DNA from: Bacteroidales bacterium
Lineage (GTDB): Bacteria > Bacteroidota > Bacteroidia > Bacteroidales > Tenuifilaceae
Direction of reading: 5' to 3'
DNA: 25,150 nt
Assembly (NCBI GenBank): GCA_016931855.1
Contig: JAFGDZ010000041.1
Coordinates: forward strand, 1 to 25,150
Both the position numbers and the translations under genes were made by a program. The notes below the pieces were generated by a model. The model searched no databases, was not told the DNA's origin, and saw only the letters and a list, made by a program, of their open reading frames with translations. The number at the start of each line of letters is the position of its first letter. The first letter of the stretch is position 1. This document shows, piece after piece, positions 1 to 8,554 of the stretch.

Positions 1-208
1 AGGCTGTTCCTTTCACTGGGGCTGATGATGCAGATGCAGAATTTTCATTACCTTTAACTAACTTTTTAACGGCGGATAACGCCGCTGACGGAACTCTCCG
101 GCAGCCCAAACCACCAACCGCCAACCAATACGCCCCACCCCCCATTTCGTCCGCACCTCCAGCCTCAGCCAGTTTATCCTACCCTCCCCACTAGCCCTTT
201 TCTACCTT

Positions 209-238
209 TTGCGAAACAATAAAAACAGCTACTTTTGC
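209..238 (+). promoter_or_regulatory. Candidate Bacteroidetes-type promoter for the rhodanese gene
   Basis: TTTG at 209-212 and TACTTTTG (exact TAnnTTTG) at about 231-238, 18 bp spacer (consensus about 19-21), roughly 30 bp upstream of ATG 268. Confidence 0.4.
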
Positions 239-267
239 CGCCATTAAATTGCTAATACGTTACAGTC

Positions 268-699
268 ATGAATATTACAGAACAGCCCAAGCATCAGGAG
301 TTTCAAATTGCAGGAGTTGTACATATGGAGCCGCTTAGCGCGGTGCTTGCCCTAACCGACCATAACGCCCTGTTGGTTGATGTGCGCGAGGAGGAGGAAC
401 TGGAGGTTATCCGCATAGACTCAACCGAGGTAGTTTACAAGCCCATTTCGGGCATTGCCGATTCGTTCTCCGATTTACCAACCGATAGGATGCTAGTTGT
501 GGTTTGCTCCAACGGTATTCGCAGCACCAAGGTTTGTAACCTGCTAATGCACCAAGGGTATAAGAATGTGGTAAACCTTGATGGCGGCATAACCCAGTGG
601 TTCCGCGATGCGCTACCCGTACTTATGCGCAAGCACGAGCACAACCACGGCCACAACGATGGTAATTCCTGCGGATGCTGCAGCGGTGGTTGCTGCTAA
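268..699 (+). CDS. Rhodanese-like domain protein with His/Cys-rich C-terminal tail
   Basis: 143 aa; ALLVDVREEEE, active-site-like loop CSNGIRS, NLDGGITQW; tail HEHNHGHNDGNSCGCCSGGCC. Confidence 0.85.
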   Translation: MNITEQPKHQEFQIAGVVHMEPLSAVLALTDHNALLVDVREEEELEVIRIDSTEVVYKPISGIADSFSDLPTDRMLVVVCSNGIRSTKVCNLLMHQGYKNVVNLDGGITQWFRDALPVLMRKHEHNHGHNDGNSCGCCSGGCC

Positions 700-750
700 T
701 CTTAAAATCAGCAGTAGTTGTATTTGTAAATTCCTTAATACCTACCTTAT

Positions 751-972
751 ATGCTCTTTCTTTGCAAAGCGTGTAACGTAAAGTTTGAGGCCGAGGGCGA
801 AAAGCAGGAGTGGCTTGATGCAACTTTTGGCCCTTGCAGTAAGATTGTGGCTGCGTGCCCCAGCTGCGGCGTGGCTGCCGATGAGTATCGTGCTCCCAAG
901 CAGAGTGCAAATGCGCCATCGCATGGTCATGCCCCCGCTTGTGGCGCTTGCTGCGGTGGTTGTCATCATTAG
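751..972 (+). CDS. Small Cys/His-rich putative metal-binding (zinc-ribbon-like) protein
   Basis: 73 aa with CKAC and CPSC pairs and tail HGHAPACGACCGGCHH; follows the rhodanese gene on the same strand. Confidence 0.6.
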   Translation: MLFLCKACNVKFEAEGEKQEWLDATFGPCSKIVAACPSCGVAADEYRAPKQSANAPSHGHAPACGACCGGCHH

Positions 973-1066
973 CGTTCTGCATCAATCCTTTGGTGTGCTG
1001 CTTTCCCATTAGGTCTTTATCGCCAAAATTTGTATAATTGAGGCTATTACCAAGGGGAGGAGTACC

Positions 1067-1492
1067 ATGGCAGAACTAAAAACTAAACAGAACAGCGCCA
1101 GCGTTCACGATTTTATCAATTCCTTTGCCGATACCGAGCAAAAACGCGACGATAGCTTTGAGCTGCTCCGGCTAATGCAGAACCTTACTGGCTTTGAGCC
1201 CAAGATGTGGGGCGATTCCATTATTGGCTTTGGTAGTTACCACTACAAATCGGAGCGTAGCAGCCAGGAGGGCGATTGGTTCCTGGTTGGGTTCTCGCCG
1301 CGCAAGGCTGCCATATCGCTTTACGTGTATTCTGGAATGCCAGAGCATGAGCATCTGCTAAAGTATTTGGGCAAGTTTAAAATGGGACGAGCCTGTGTCT
1401 ATGCAAAAAAGCTATCGGATATCAATATCACTGCGCTTGAGCGCTTGGTTAAGGAAACAGTAAGCTTCCTTCAATCTAGGTATGGCAAATAG
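1067..1492 (+). CDS. DUF1801 / YdhG-like domain protein
   Basis: 141 aa; pattern FEPKMWGDSIIGFGSYHYK...GDWFLVGFSPRKAAISLYV is typical of DUF1801; GGGGAGGA-like purine run before ATG. Confidence 0.75.
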   Translation: MAELKTKQNSASVHDFINSFADTEQKRDDSFELLRLMQNLTGFEPKMWGDSIIGFGSYHYKSERSSQEGDWFLVGFSPRKAAISLYVYSGMPEHEHLLKYLGKFKMGRACVYAKKLSDINITALERLVKETVSFLQSRYGK

Positions 1493-1527
1493 CAAAAATC
1501 TTCTCATTGGTTTAAAACGGCTTGCAT

Positions 1528-2196
1528 ATGACAGTTACTGAGATACTATCTAAGCTAGAATCTTTGAGCAACCCTAAGGTACGGGCGCACAACGCCAAGT
1601 ATGGTGCTGGCAGCAACCAGTTTGGTGTAAAAATGGGCGATATTAGAGCCATTGCAAAAACGTTAAAGCAGAACCATTTGCTGGCGTTGCAGCTTTGGGA
1701 AACGGGTAATGTTGAAGCCCGTTTTTTGGCCATTCTTATTATGAACCCCAAGGAGCTAAGCGTTGCCGAGGTTGATGCAATGGTGCGGTCGGAGCGGTTT
1801 ACCCATGTGGCCGACTGGTTTAGCAGCTACGTGCTAAAGCAGCACCACGAGCATGAGGCCATGCGCCAAACGTGGATGCAGAGCGATGACCCTATGGCTG
1901 CACGTGCTGGGTGGAGCCTAACCGCCGAGCGGGTGGCGAAGAATCCCCAAGGTTTGGACCTGTCGGCACTGCTGGATAGGATAGAGGCCGAGATGCCCAG
2001 TGCAGCCCCAGAGGTTCAGTGGACCATGAACACCACCCTAGCGCAAATTGGAATTTGCTTTGCCCAGCATCGGCAGCGGGCGTTATCCATTGGCGAGCGC
2101 TTGGGCATTTACCGCGATTTTCCCGTTTCCAAGGGATGCACATCGCCCTTTGCGCCAATCTGGATTAGCGAGATGGTGCGCCGCAAGGAGCAGTAA
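1528..2196 (+). CDS. DNA alkylation repair protein (AlkD-like HEAT-repeat family)
   Basis: About 222 aa: NAKYGAGSNQFGVKMGDIRAIAK, LWETGNVEARFLA, THVADWFSSYV; ATG at 1528 (track start is TTG at 1522). Confidence 0.8.
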   Translation: MTVTEILSKLESLSNPKVRAHNAKYGAGSNQFGVKMGDIRAIAKTLKQNHLLALQLWETGNVEARFLAILIMNPKELSVAEVDAMVRSERFTHVADWFSSYVLKQHHEHEAMRQTWMQSDDPMAARAGWSLTAERVAKNPQGLDLSALLDRIEAEMPSAAPEVQWTMNTTLAQIGICFAQHRQRALSIGERLGIYRDFPVSKGCTSPFAPIWISEMVRRKEQ

Positions 2197-2284
2197 TCCT
2201 GTAGTTCTCTCCCCGCTTGGAACTGTAACCCAAAGAGGTTGGCTATTCCTAAAACGCTATCTTTACCACAGTAAACAGAACAAA

Positions 2285-2665
2285 ATGCTTAAAACGCTTA
2301 TATTTATTGGAGCAGGCGGATTTGTGGGCAGCATTGCCCGATATCTGCTCTCGCAAATTATTCAGCAGAATGCCACATCATCGTTTCCTTGGGGAACGCT
2401 TGTTGTTAACGTGGTAGGATCGTTGCTAATTGGGCTATTCTACGGATTATCGGAGAGGGGCGCAATTGGAAGCTCAGAGGTGCGGCTATTTTTAACAGTT
2501 GGCCTGTGTGGAGGGTTTACCACCTTTTCCACTTTTTCCAACGAGAACTTGGCTTTGCTGCGCGACGGGCAATTTTCGTTTTTTGCAATGTACGCCTTCG
2601 CTAGCGTTGTGCTTGGACTAGTTGCCGTTTTGGGTGGATTTGCCTTAACAAAAATGTGGAACTAA
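2285..2665 (+). CDS. crcB: CrcB/Fluc family fluoride channel
   Basis: Internal ATG at 2285 of the 2048..2665 ORF gives MLKTLIFIGAGGFVGSIARYLLSQ...FPWGTLVVNVVGSLLIGLFYG...GLCGGFTTFSTFSNE, hallmark CrcB motifs. Confidence 0.92.
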   Translation: MLKTLIFIGAGGFVGSIARYLLSQIIQQNATSSFPWGTLVVNVVGSLLIGLFYGLSERGAIGSSEVRLFLTVGLCGGFTTFSTFSNENLALLRDGQFSFFAMYAFASVVLGLVAVLGGFALTKMWN

Positions 2666-2719
2666 GCGTTTATTTGTACGGAAAAGCCTAAATTACATGG
2701 CGTAACAAACAATTGGGGT

Positions 2720-3079
2720 ATGAAGTTACAAGGAAAAGCTAAGTTGCTACGAATCTTTGTTGGATCGTGCGATAAGGTAAACGGAACACCACTTTACGAG
2801 TTTATTGTTTATAGCGCAAAGCGATATGGCCTTGCCGGTGCAACCGTGCTGCGGGGCACCATGGGGTATGGCGCCAATAGCATAATCCGCAGTGCCAAGT
2901 TCCTGTCCATATCGGAGGATTTGCCCATTATTATTGAGATTATAGATGAGTCGGAAAAGATAAACCGTTTCCTTTCCACCATTGATAAGTACCTAGATAA
3001 CGCCACTTTTGGCTGTCTTATTACCACCGAGGTTATTGATGTTATTGCCTATAAGCCCGCCAAAAAGAGGGATGGGTAG
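2720..3079 (+). CDS. DUF190 domain protein
   Basis: 119 aa; KLLRIFVGSCDKVNGTPLYEFIVYSAKRYGLAGATVLRGTMGYG is typical DUF190, commonly next to crcB. Confidence 0.88.
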   Translation: MKLQGKAKLLRIFVGSCDKVNGTPLYEFIVYSAKRYGLAGATVLRGTMGYGANSIIRSAKFLSISEDLPIIIEIIDESEKINRFLSTIDKYLDNATFGCLITTEVIDVIAYKPAKKRDG

Positions 3080-3189
3080 CGCTCCCTTACGCTGTTAGAT
3101 GCCTGTTTTTATAGGTTTATCCTTTTTGGCGATTTTTCTCTCTATTAAATTTCGTAACAAAAAACGTCCCTCCTTTTTTGCATATTGAA

Positions 3190-3217
3190 ATTTATGACGT
3201 ATGTTTACGACATAAAT
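3190..3217. promoter_or_regulatory. Candidate ArsR operator dyad
   Basis: ATTTATGACG-N8-CGACATAAAT, arms complementary at 9 of 10 positions, ending 4-10 bp before the possible arsR starts. Confidence 0.55.
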
Positions 3218-3227
3218 CAAGGTGCAA

Positions 3228-3581
3228 ATGACCTACCATAAAACATCGCTGTTCGATTCAGATTTACAGGAACTTGCTGCGCTGGCAAAAACGCTGTCGC
3301 ACCCAGCCCGTTTGGCAATACTGCGGTATTTGGCAAGTGCCAACACATGCATCTCGGGCGATATTACTAGTGAGATACCCTTAAGTCGCACAACAGTATC
3401 GCAGCACTTGCAGGAGCTAAAAAAGGCTGGGCTAATTCATGGCGATATAGATGGCGCCAAGGTTTGCTACTGCATTTGCCACGAGCGGATAAGCCTTGCC
3501 CGTAAGCTCTTTGGTGGATTTATTGATGAGATTTGCAACTCGCAGGTTAATGCCTGCAATAGCGCTGTAGTAGAAAAGTAG
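3228..3581 (+). CDS. arsR: ArsR-family winged-helix metalloregulator
   Basis: LAALAKTLSHPARLAILRYLASANTCISGDITSEIPLSRTTVSQHLQELKKAGLI; first gene of ars operon. ATG 3228 (GTG 3222 alternative). Confidence 0.88.
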   Translation: MTYHKTSLFDSDLQELAALAKTLSHPARLAILRYLASANTCISGDITSEIPLSRTTVSQHLQELKKAGLIHGDIDGAKVCYCICHERISLARKLFGGFIDEICNSQVNACNSAVVEK

Positions 3582-3603
3582 AACAACCATAAACACAACA
3601 ATC

Positions 3604-4047
3604 ATGCGTATTCTAATCCTTTGTACCGGAAACTCCTGCCGTAGCCAGATGGCCGAGGGGTTCCTAAAGTCGTTGGACTCCTGCACCGAGGTTTTTAGTG
3701 CGGGAACAACCCCCGCTGGCGAGGTTCATCCGCTGGCCATAAAAGCCATGAGCGAGGTGGGTATCAATATCGCCCAAAACAAACCTAAAAGTGTTGACGA
3801 GTTCCTTAGCCAAAGCTTTGATTATTTACTAACCGTTTGCGGCGGAGCAAACGAGTCGTGCCCAGCATTTACGGGCAATGTAAAGCAGCGCTGGCACATC
3901 GGTTTCGACGACCCTGCCGATGCCACAGGAACCGAGGAGGAGAAGATGGTTATGTTCCGCCGGGTGAGGGACGAGATTGAAGAGGCCTTTAAATCATTTC
4001 ATAAAAGTCAAATAAAGGGTGAACATGGATGCAGCTGCTGCGGATAA
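3604..4047 (+). CDS. arsC: Thioredoxin-type arsenate reductase / low-MW phosphatase-like protein with C-terminal CSCCG tail
   Basis: MRILILCTGNSCRSQMAEGFLK (CX5R P-loop), GVNIAQNKPKSVDEF, HIGFDDPADATGTEEEK. Confidence 0.9.
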   Translation: MRILILCTGNSCRSQMAEGFLKSLDSCTEVFSAGTTPAGEVHPLAIKAMSEVGINIAQNKPKSVDEFLSQSFDYLLTVCGGANESCPAFTGNVKQRWHIGFDDPADATGTEEEKMVMFRRVRDEIEEAFKSFHKSQIKGEHGCSCCG

Positions 4048-4843
4048 CAAGGACATTAAAAAGGTAGTACAACAGAAGTACTCCCTAATTGCCAATCAGC
4101 AAAAATCGGGATGCTGCTGTGGCTGTGGTTGTGGCGATAATGAGCCATCAACCGATTACACCGTGTTTAGTGAGAGCTACGATAGCCTAAAGGGCTACAC
4201 CCCCGATGCCGACCTAAACCTTGGCTGCGGCCTGCCCACGCAGTTTGCGCAGATTAAGGCTGGCGATACCGTTGTTGATTTGGGTTCAGGTGCAGGCAAC
4301 GACTGCTTTGTGGCTCGTGCCGAGACTGGCGAAACGGGGCGCGTTATTGGTGTCGATATTACCGATGCCATGCTTGACAAGGCCAGAGCAAACGCCGCAA
4401 AGCTGGGCTTTAGCAACGTTGAGTTTGTTAAGGGCGATATTGAGGATCTTCCGCTGGAAGGCAGCATTGCCGATGTGGTGGTTAGCAACTGTGTGCTAAA
4501 CCTAGTTCCCAACAAGGAGCTGGCTTTTAGCGGTATTTACAGGGTGCTAAAATCGGGTGGGCACTTTAGCATTAGCGATGTTGTGCTTAAGGGCGAGCTG
4601 CCCGATGGGCTGCGTAACGAGGCCGAGATGTACGCTGGTTGCGTTTCGGGAGCAATACAAAAGGATGATTATCTAGCAGGATTAACCCGTGCTGGCTTTG
4701 TGAATATCACCGTTCAGAAGGAAAAGGAGATTGATATTTCCGAGGATATTCTACTTAACTTTCTAAGCCCCGATGAACTACAGGCCTACAAAAGCAGTGG
4801 AACAGGTATCTATAGCATAACCGTTTATGGAGAGAAACCCTAG
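4025..4843 (+). CDS. arsM: Arsenite S-adenosylmethionine methyltransferase
   Basis: SAM motif VVDLGSGAGNDCFVAR, NCVLNLVPNKELAF, GCVSGA, plus CCCGCGCG near the N-terminus; in ars operon. ATG 4025 (GTG 4019 alternative). Confidence 0.92.
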   Translation: MDAAAADNKDIKKVVQQKYSLIANQQKSGCCCGCGCGDNEPSTDYTVFSESYDSLKGYTPDADLNLGCGLPTQFAQIKAGDTVVDLGSGAGNDCFVARAETGETGRVIGVDITDAMLDKARANAAKLGFSNVEFVKGDIEDLPLEGSIADVVVSNCVLNLVPNKELAFSGIYRVLKSGGHFSISDVVLKGELPDGLRNEAEMYAGCVSGAIQKDDYLAGLTRAGFVNITVQKEKEIDISEDILLNFLSPDELQAYKSSGTGIYSITVYGEKP

Positions 4844-4871
4844 CCTCTTACAAACCTAAACCTTACTCAGA

Positions 4872-5900
4872 ATGTCTGACTCAAAAAAAATCGGCTTTTT
4901 CGAGAAGTACCTAACCCTTTGGGTAGCCCTGTGCATTGTTGCGGGTATAGCTATTGGTAGCTTTGCTGGCGATAGCATCAGCTTTTTAAGCAGCATGGAG
5001 GTGTATAGCGTTAACATTCCTGTGGCTGTTCTTATATGGGCAATGATTTACCCTATGATGCTTCAGGTTGATTTCTCATCAATAAAGAGTGTGGGCAAGC
5101 GTCCTAAGGGATTGCTGTTAACGCTTGTGGTTAACTGGCTTATTAAGCCCTTTACCATGGCGTTTTTTGCATGGATATTCTTTACCAAGCTTTACGGCGC
5201 ATTCATTAACCCTGAACTGGCTGGCGAGTATATTGCTGGTGCCATAATACTGGGAGCTGCTCCGTGTACCGCTATGGTTTTTGTTTGGAGCTACCTAACC
5301 AATGGCGATGCTAACTACACGCTGGTTCAGGTATCGGTAAACGACCTAATAATTCTAGTAGCTTTTATCCCCATTGTGGGTTTGCTGCTGGGCATAACCG
5401 ACGTTACCATTCCGTATGAAACCCTAGTGGCATCGGTGGTGATATTTGTGGTTGTTCCCTTGGTGGCGGGTTACGCCACAAATCGCCTGCTGATTAAAAG
5501 TAAGGGCGAGGAGTGGTTCAAGAACCAGTTCCTCGCAAGGCTAAAACCCGTGTCGATAATTGCGTTGCTAACTACGCTGGTTCTGCTGTTCGCCTTTCAG
5601 GGGCAAACCATTATTGATAGGCCGCTAATTATTCTGTTGGTAGCCGTTCCGCTGGTTATACAAACCTACTTTATCTTTTTCATTGCGTGGTATGGTGGCC
5701 GTATGCTTAAGCTGCCGCACGCCATTTGCTCACCTGCTGCAATGATTGGCGCCAGCAACTTCTTTGAGCTGGCTGTGGCTGTGTCCATATCGCTGTTTGG
5801 GTTGCAGTCGCCAGCAGCAATGGTTACCGTTGTGGGTGTGCTTGTTGAGGTTCCCGTAATGCTATCGCTGGTTTGGTTTGCCAATAGAAACAGGTACTAA
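4872..5900 (+). CDS. acr3: ACR3-family arsenite efflux permease
   Basis: 342 aa multi-TM protein: [61 protein letters not shown], hallmark ACR3 motifs. Confidence 0.95.
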   Translation: MSDSKKIGFFEKYLTLWVALCIVAGIAIGSFAGDSISFLSSMEVYSVNIPVAVLIWAMIYPMMLQVDFSSIKSVGKRPKGLLLTLVVNWLIKPFTMAFFAWIFFTKLYGAFINPELAGEYIAGAIILGAAPCTAMVFVWSYLTNGDANYTLVQVSVNDLIILVAFIPIVGLLLGITDVTIPYETLVASVVIFVVVPLVAGYATNRLLIKSKGEEWFKNQFLARLKPVSIIALLTTLVLLFAFQGQTIIDRPLIILLVAVPLVIQTYFIFFIAWYGGRMLKLPHAICSPAAMIGASNFFELAVAVSISLFGLQSPAAMVTVVGVLVEVPVMLSLVWFANRNRY

Positions 5901-5920
5901 CCGCTTTTTTATGATATGGA

Positions 5921-5957
5921 AAACCCTGACTGGCTGGTTGCTGGTCAGGGTTTTTTT
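5921..5957 (+). terminator. Rho-independent-like terminator after acr3
   Basis: AAACCCTGAC (5921-5930), 13-nt loop, GTCAGGGTTT (5944-5953), T run to 5957. Confidence 0.85.
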
Positions 5958-5971
5958 GATAGCCGTTTTTA

Positions 5972-8554
5972 TTAGAATTGAATCTTATAGCTGATATTTG
6001 GAAGAATGCCCACTACAGATAGCTTCTCTATTGCTTGCAGCTTGTCGTTGTAGATATAGCCGTACTGTCCAGTGTAGCCGCCAATGTTGAGAACTTTCAA
6101 GGAGAACTCGTGTCCAGTTTTATGCTTGTTGATTTTGTAACTAATAGTGATATCTGAAGTAAGAGCCGCAGGGAACTGACGGCTGAATGCGCGTGTCTCG
6201 TCAAATACAATGTCATGCTTACTCTCTGATGCTGCAATATCAATAGGAGTAAAATGGTCGCCGCCCTGATAGCTTAAACGAAGATTGGCGCTGAACATGT
6301 TTTGGTCGTGTTTGCCTACCATCCATTCCTTGCCAATTAGCCCATTGATAATGTATCCGCGATTATACCTTGTATCCCTCCAAACACCATCGCCCCCGGT
6401 GTATTTAGAATCGAAAACAGACCCCGATAGTAACCAGTAGTAGCCTTTATCTAGGTAGCGTTCCAGAGTAATATCGGTGCCATAGTTTACGCTTTTCCCT
6501 TTATTAATAAGCGCCCGGTCTAAATAGTAACTGTCATAGTTTATGATGGAGAAAGAGGTACCCTCTTCTACCGGAACGTTGAACAATGATTGGTAGTATG
6601 GCTCCACTTTCAGGTGGATATTGTTTGAGATTCGCCAATCGTATGATAGCACAAAGTGGTGGGCTTTGGCAAAATCTAGCTCCTTGTTTACATCATTGCC
6701 TGCCTCTTTCACAAAGTAGTAATCTAACCGTTCGCGCCGACTATGCAGTCCATAAGCGGCAGATAATGTGTGATTGGGCGCTGCTTTGTATTTAAATCCA
6801 ACCCTAGGCTCTACCGACCAGTTGTTGTTTAAGGTGAATAGCTGAGCTGTGAGGCCTACGTTTGCCGATAGCTTGTCTGTAATGTTAAACACAGAGTTAC
6901 TATAAGCCGAAACCATTATGCTTGAGCCATTGCCTTTGATGATTTGCTCAATGGGGGAGATGTTGGGTACAAGCGTTTCGCTCAGGTTATACTCTAAATC
7001 ATACAAAAGTCCAGTAACAGTAACGCCCGTTCTGTTTGTGTGGCGGTTGCTGAATTTCTTGTTGAGGTATGTGTTGAAAACTAGGTTCCAGTCGCCATTA
7101 CGTATATCTACAATGGGTTTGAGCAGGTTGTTCTCAAGCATTTTTACATCTTGCTTTGTGTGGGAATAGGTGGCAGCCAAGGAACTTCTTAGATATGTTC
7201 CTTTACCCAGAAATATCTTGTGATTTACACCTCCTGCTAGTTTAGCCAAATCTGTTTTAATATCCTGCTTATCCGAGTAGGTTGTCCAATCTATTTCCTC
7301 TAAGGGTTTAACCTTGTTGCCATCTAGTAATCCAAGCCCCCAAACAGAGAATGTTCCCGCCTTGGCTGTTGGGAAATTTAGTTTGAACGATAAATCTTGA
7401 TACTTCAAATTCAGATTCCCAATAAGTCCGCTAACCAATCCTGTTGCTGAGTAGCGGTAGTTTACAATGTATGAGCTTCCACTCTTGCTGCTTAACGGCC
7501 CTTCCGATGCAAGGTCGAGCCCTAGTAATCCGAATTGTACCGTGTGCTCATGCTTTTGGTTGTTGCCATTGCGCATAGACATATCAAACACTCCCGACAG
7601 GGCATTGCTGTACTCGGAAGGGAAGGCGCCATTAAAAAAATCGGAGTTCCCCATAACCTGGCTGCTAAGCGCCGTAAAGATACCTCCGCCTAAACCAGAC
7701 ATATCAGCAAAGTGTGTTGGGTTAGGTATCTCGATACCCTCCAAGCGCCACTGTAAAAACTGGGGCGAGTTGCCATGCACCGATATGCTGTTAGTTGCTA
7801 AGTTCCCCGCTACTCCCGCAAAAGAAGAAACCAGTCGTGCAGGGTCGTCAAAACCTCCTGCAAAGCGGTTGGTCTCCTCTACGCTGAACATCCTTGCCCC
7901 AGCTAGTGCCATGGAGTTAAGTGGCTGCTCTTTGTTGACCGCTGAACGTATTACCACTTCATCTAGGTTCATAATCCTCTCTTTTAGGGCAATCTCATTA
8001 TACCCCTCCTTTGCCGATGTTAGTAGCTGTTCCCGTATAGTTAGCGGTTCATATCCAATGGCTGAAACCTGCAAGTTATATCGGCCTATGGGGACATTGG
8101 TGATTCTAAATCGCCCTAGGGAGTCCGTTGCAGTTCCAGTGCCATCCTCATTTATCAATATGGTGATGTAGGGCAACGGCTCTCCCGAGTTTGCGTCCCT
8201 AACAACTCCCCGAACGGTTTGTGTTTTTCTTTCCGTTTTTACATCCTCTTTAACCTGGGGGATGATTATAATATGCTTTTCGTTCACTTTGTAGGTGAAC
8301 CCAGTGTCCTTAAGAATTGTGGTGAGAACCTCTGCTATAGATTTGTTCTCGAGGTTTACAGAGATTTTGTGCTCTGCATCAAACTTGGTAACATTGTATG
8401 CAATGGAGTATTTGCTCTGCGCTTCAATCTGTTCAAACACCTGTTTGTAGGTGATGTTATGCCCTGTGACAGTTATTTTGCCCTCTTGTGCGGATACGAT
8501 TGTTGAAAAAGCAATAAGTGCAAATAGATATAGATGCTTCATTAAATCTCTCAT
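5972..8554 (-). CDS. TonB-dependent receptor-like outer membrane protein with N-terminal STN and carboxypeptidase-like domains
   Basis: Signal peptide; ITYKQVFEQIEAQSKYSIAYN (STN-like); VRGVVRDANSGEPLPYITILINEDGTGTATDSLGRFRI (CarboxypepD_reg-like); plug/barrel and C-terminal aromatic residue. ATG 8554 or 8542. Confidence 0.85.
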   Translation of the reverse strand: MRDLMKHLYLFALIAFSTIVSAQEGKITVTGHNITYKQVFEQIEAQSKYSIAYNVTKFDAEHKISVNLENKSIAEVLTTILKDTGFTYKVNEKHIIIIPQVKEDVKTERKTQTVRGVVRDANSGEPLPYITILINEDGTGTATDSLGRFRITNVPIGRYNLQVSAIGYEPLTIREQLLTSAKEGYNEIALKERIMNLDEVVIRSAVNKEQPLNSMALAGARMFSVEETNRFAGGFDDPARLVSSFAGVAGNLATNSISVHGNSPQFLQWRLEGIEIPNPTHFADMSGLGGGIFTALSSQVMGNSDFFNGAFPSEYSNALSGVFDMSMRNGNNQKHEHTVQFGLLGLDLASEGPLSSKSGSSYIVNYRYSATGLVSGLIGNLNLKYQDLSFKLNFPTAKAGTFSVWGLGLLDGNKVKPLEEIDWTTYSDKQDIKTDLAKLAGGVNHKIFLGKGTYLRSSLAATYSHTKQDVKMLENNLLKPIVDIRNGDWNLVFNTYLNKKFSNRHTNRTGVTVTGLLYDLEYNLSETLVPNISPIEQIIKGNGSSIMVSAYSNSVFNITDKLSANVGLTAQLFTLNNNWSVEPRVGFKYKAAPNHTLSAAYGLHSRRERLDYYFVKEAGNDVNKELDFAKAHHFVLSYDWRISNNIHLKVEPYYQSLFNVPVEEGTSFSIINYDSYYLDRALINKGKSVNYGTDITLERYLDKGYYWLLSGSVFDSKYTGGDGVWRDTRYNRGYIINGLIGKEWMVGKHDQNMFSANLRLSYQGGDHFTPIDIAASESKHDIVFDETRAFSRQFPAALTSDITISYKINKHKTGHEFSLKVLNIGGYTGQYGYIYNDKLQAIEKLSVVGILPNISYKIQF

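Noticed and set aside
3-255. Open plus-strand frame at the left edge, proline-rich, could be the tail of an upstream gene
   Set aside because: No recognisable domain, no start in window, and the frame runs through the promoter-like region before ATG 268. Could be chance.
623-1009. 128-aa minus-strand ORF overlapping the rhodanese tail and the Cys-rich gene
   Set aside because: Composition looks like antisense of His/Cys-rich coding DNA. The plus-strand proteins are coherent.
2197-2284. Possible fluoride riboswitch before crcB
   Set aside because: Could not find the expected conserved crcB-motif core by eye.
7467-8171. 234-aa plus-strand ORF inside the first receptor gene
   Set aside because: Antisense to a clearly real TonB receptor coding region, with no protein-family features.
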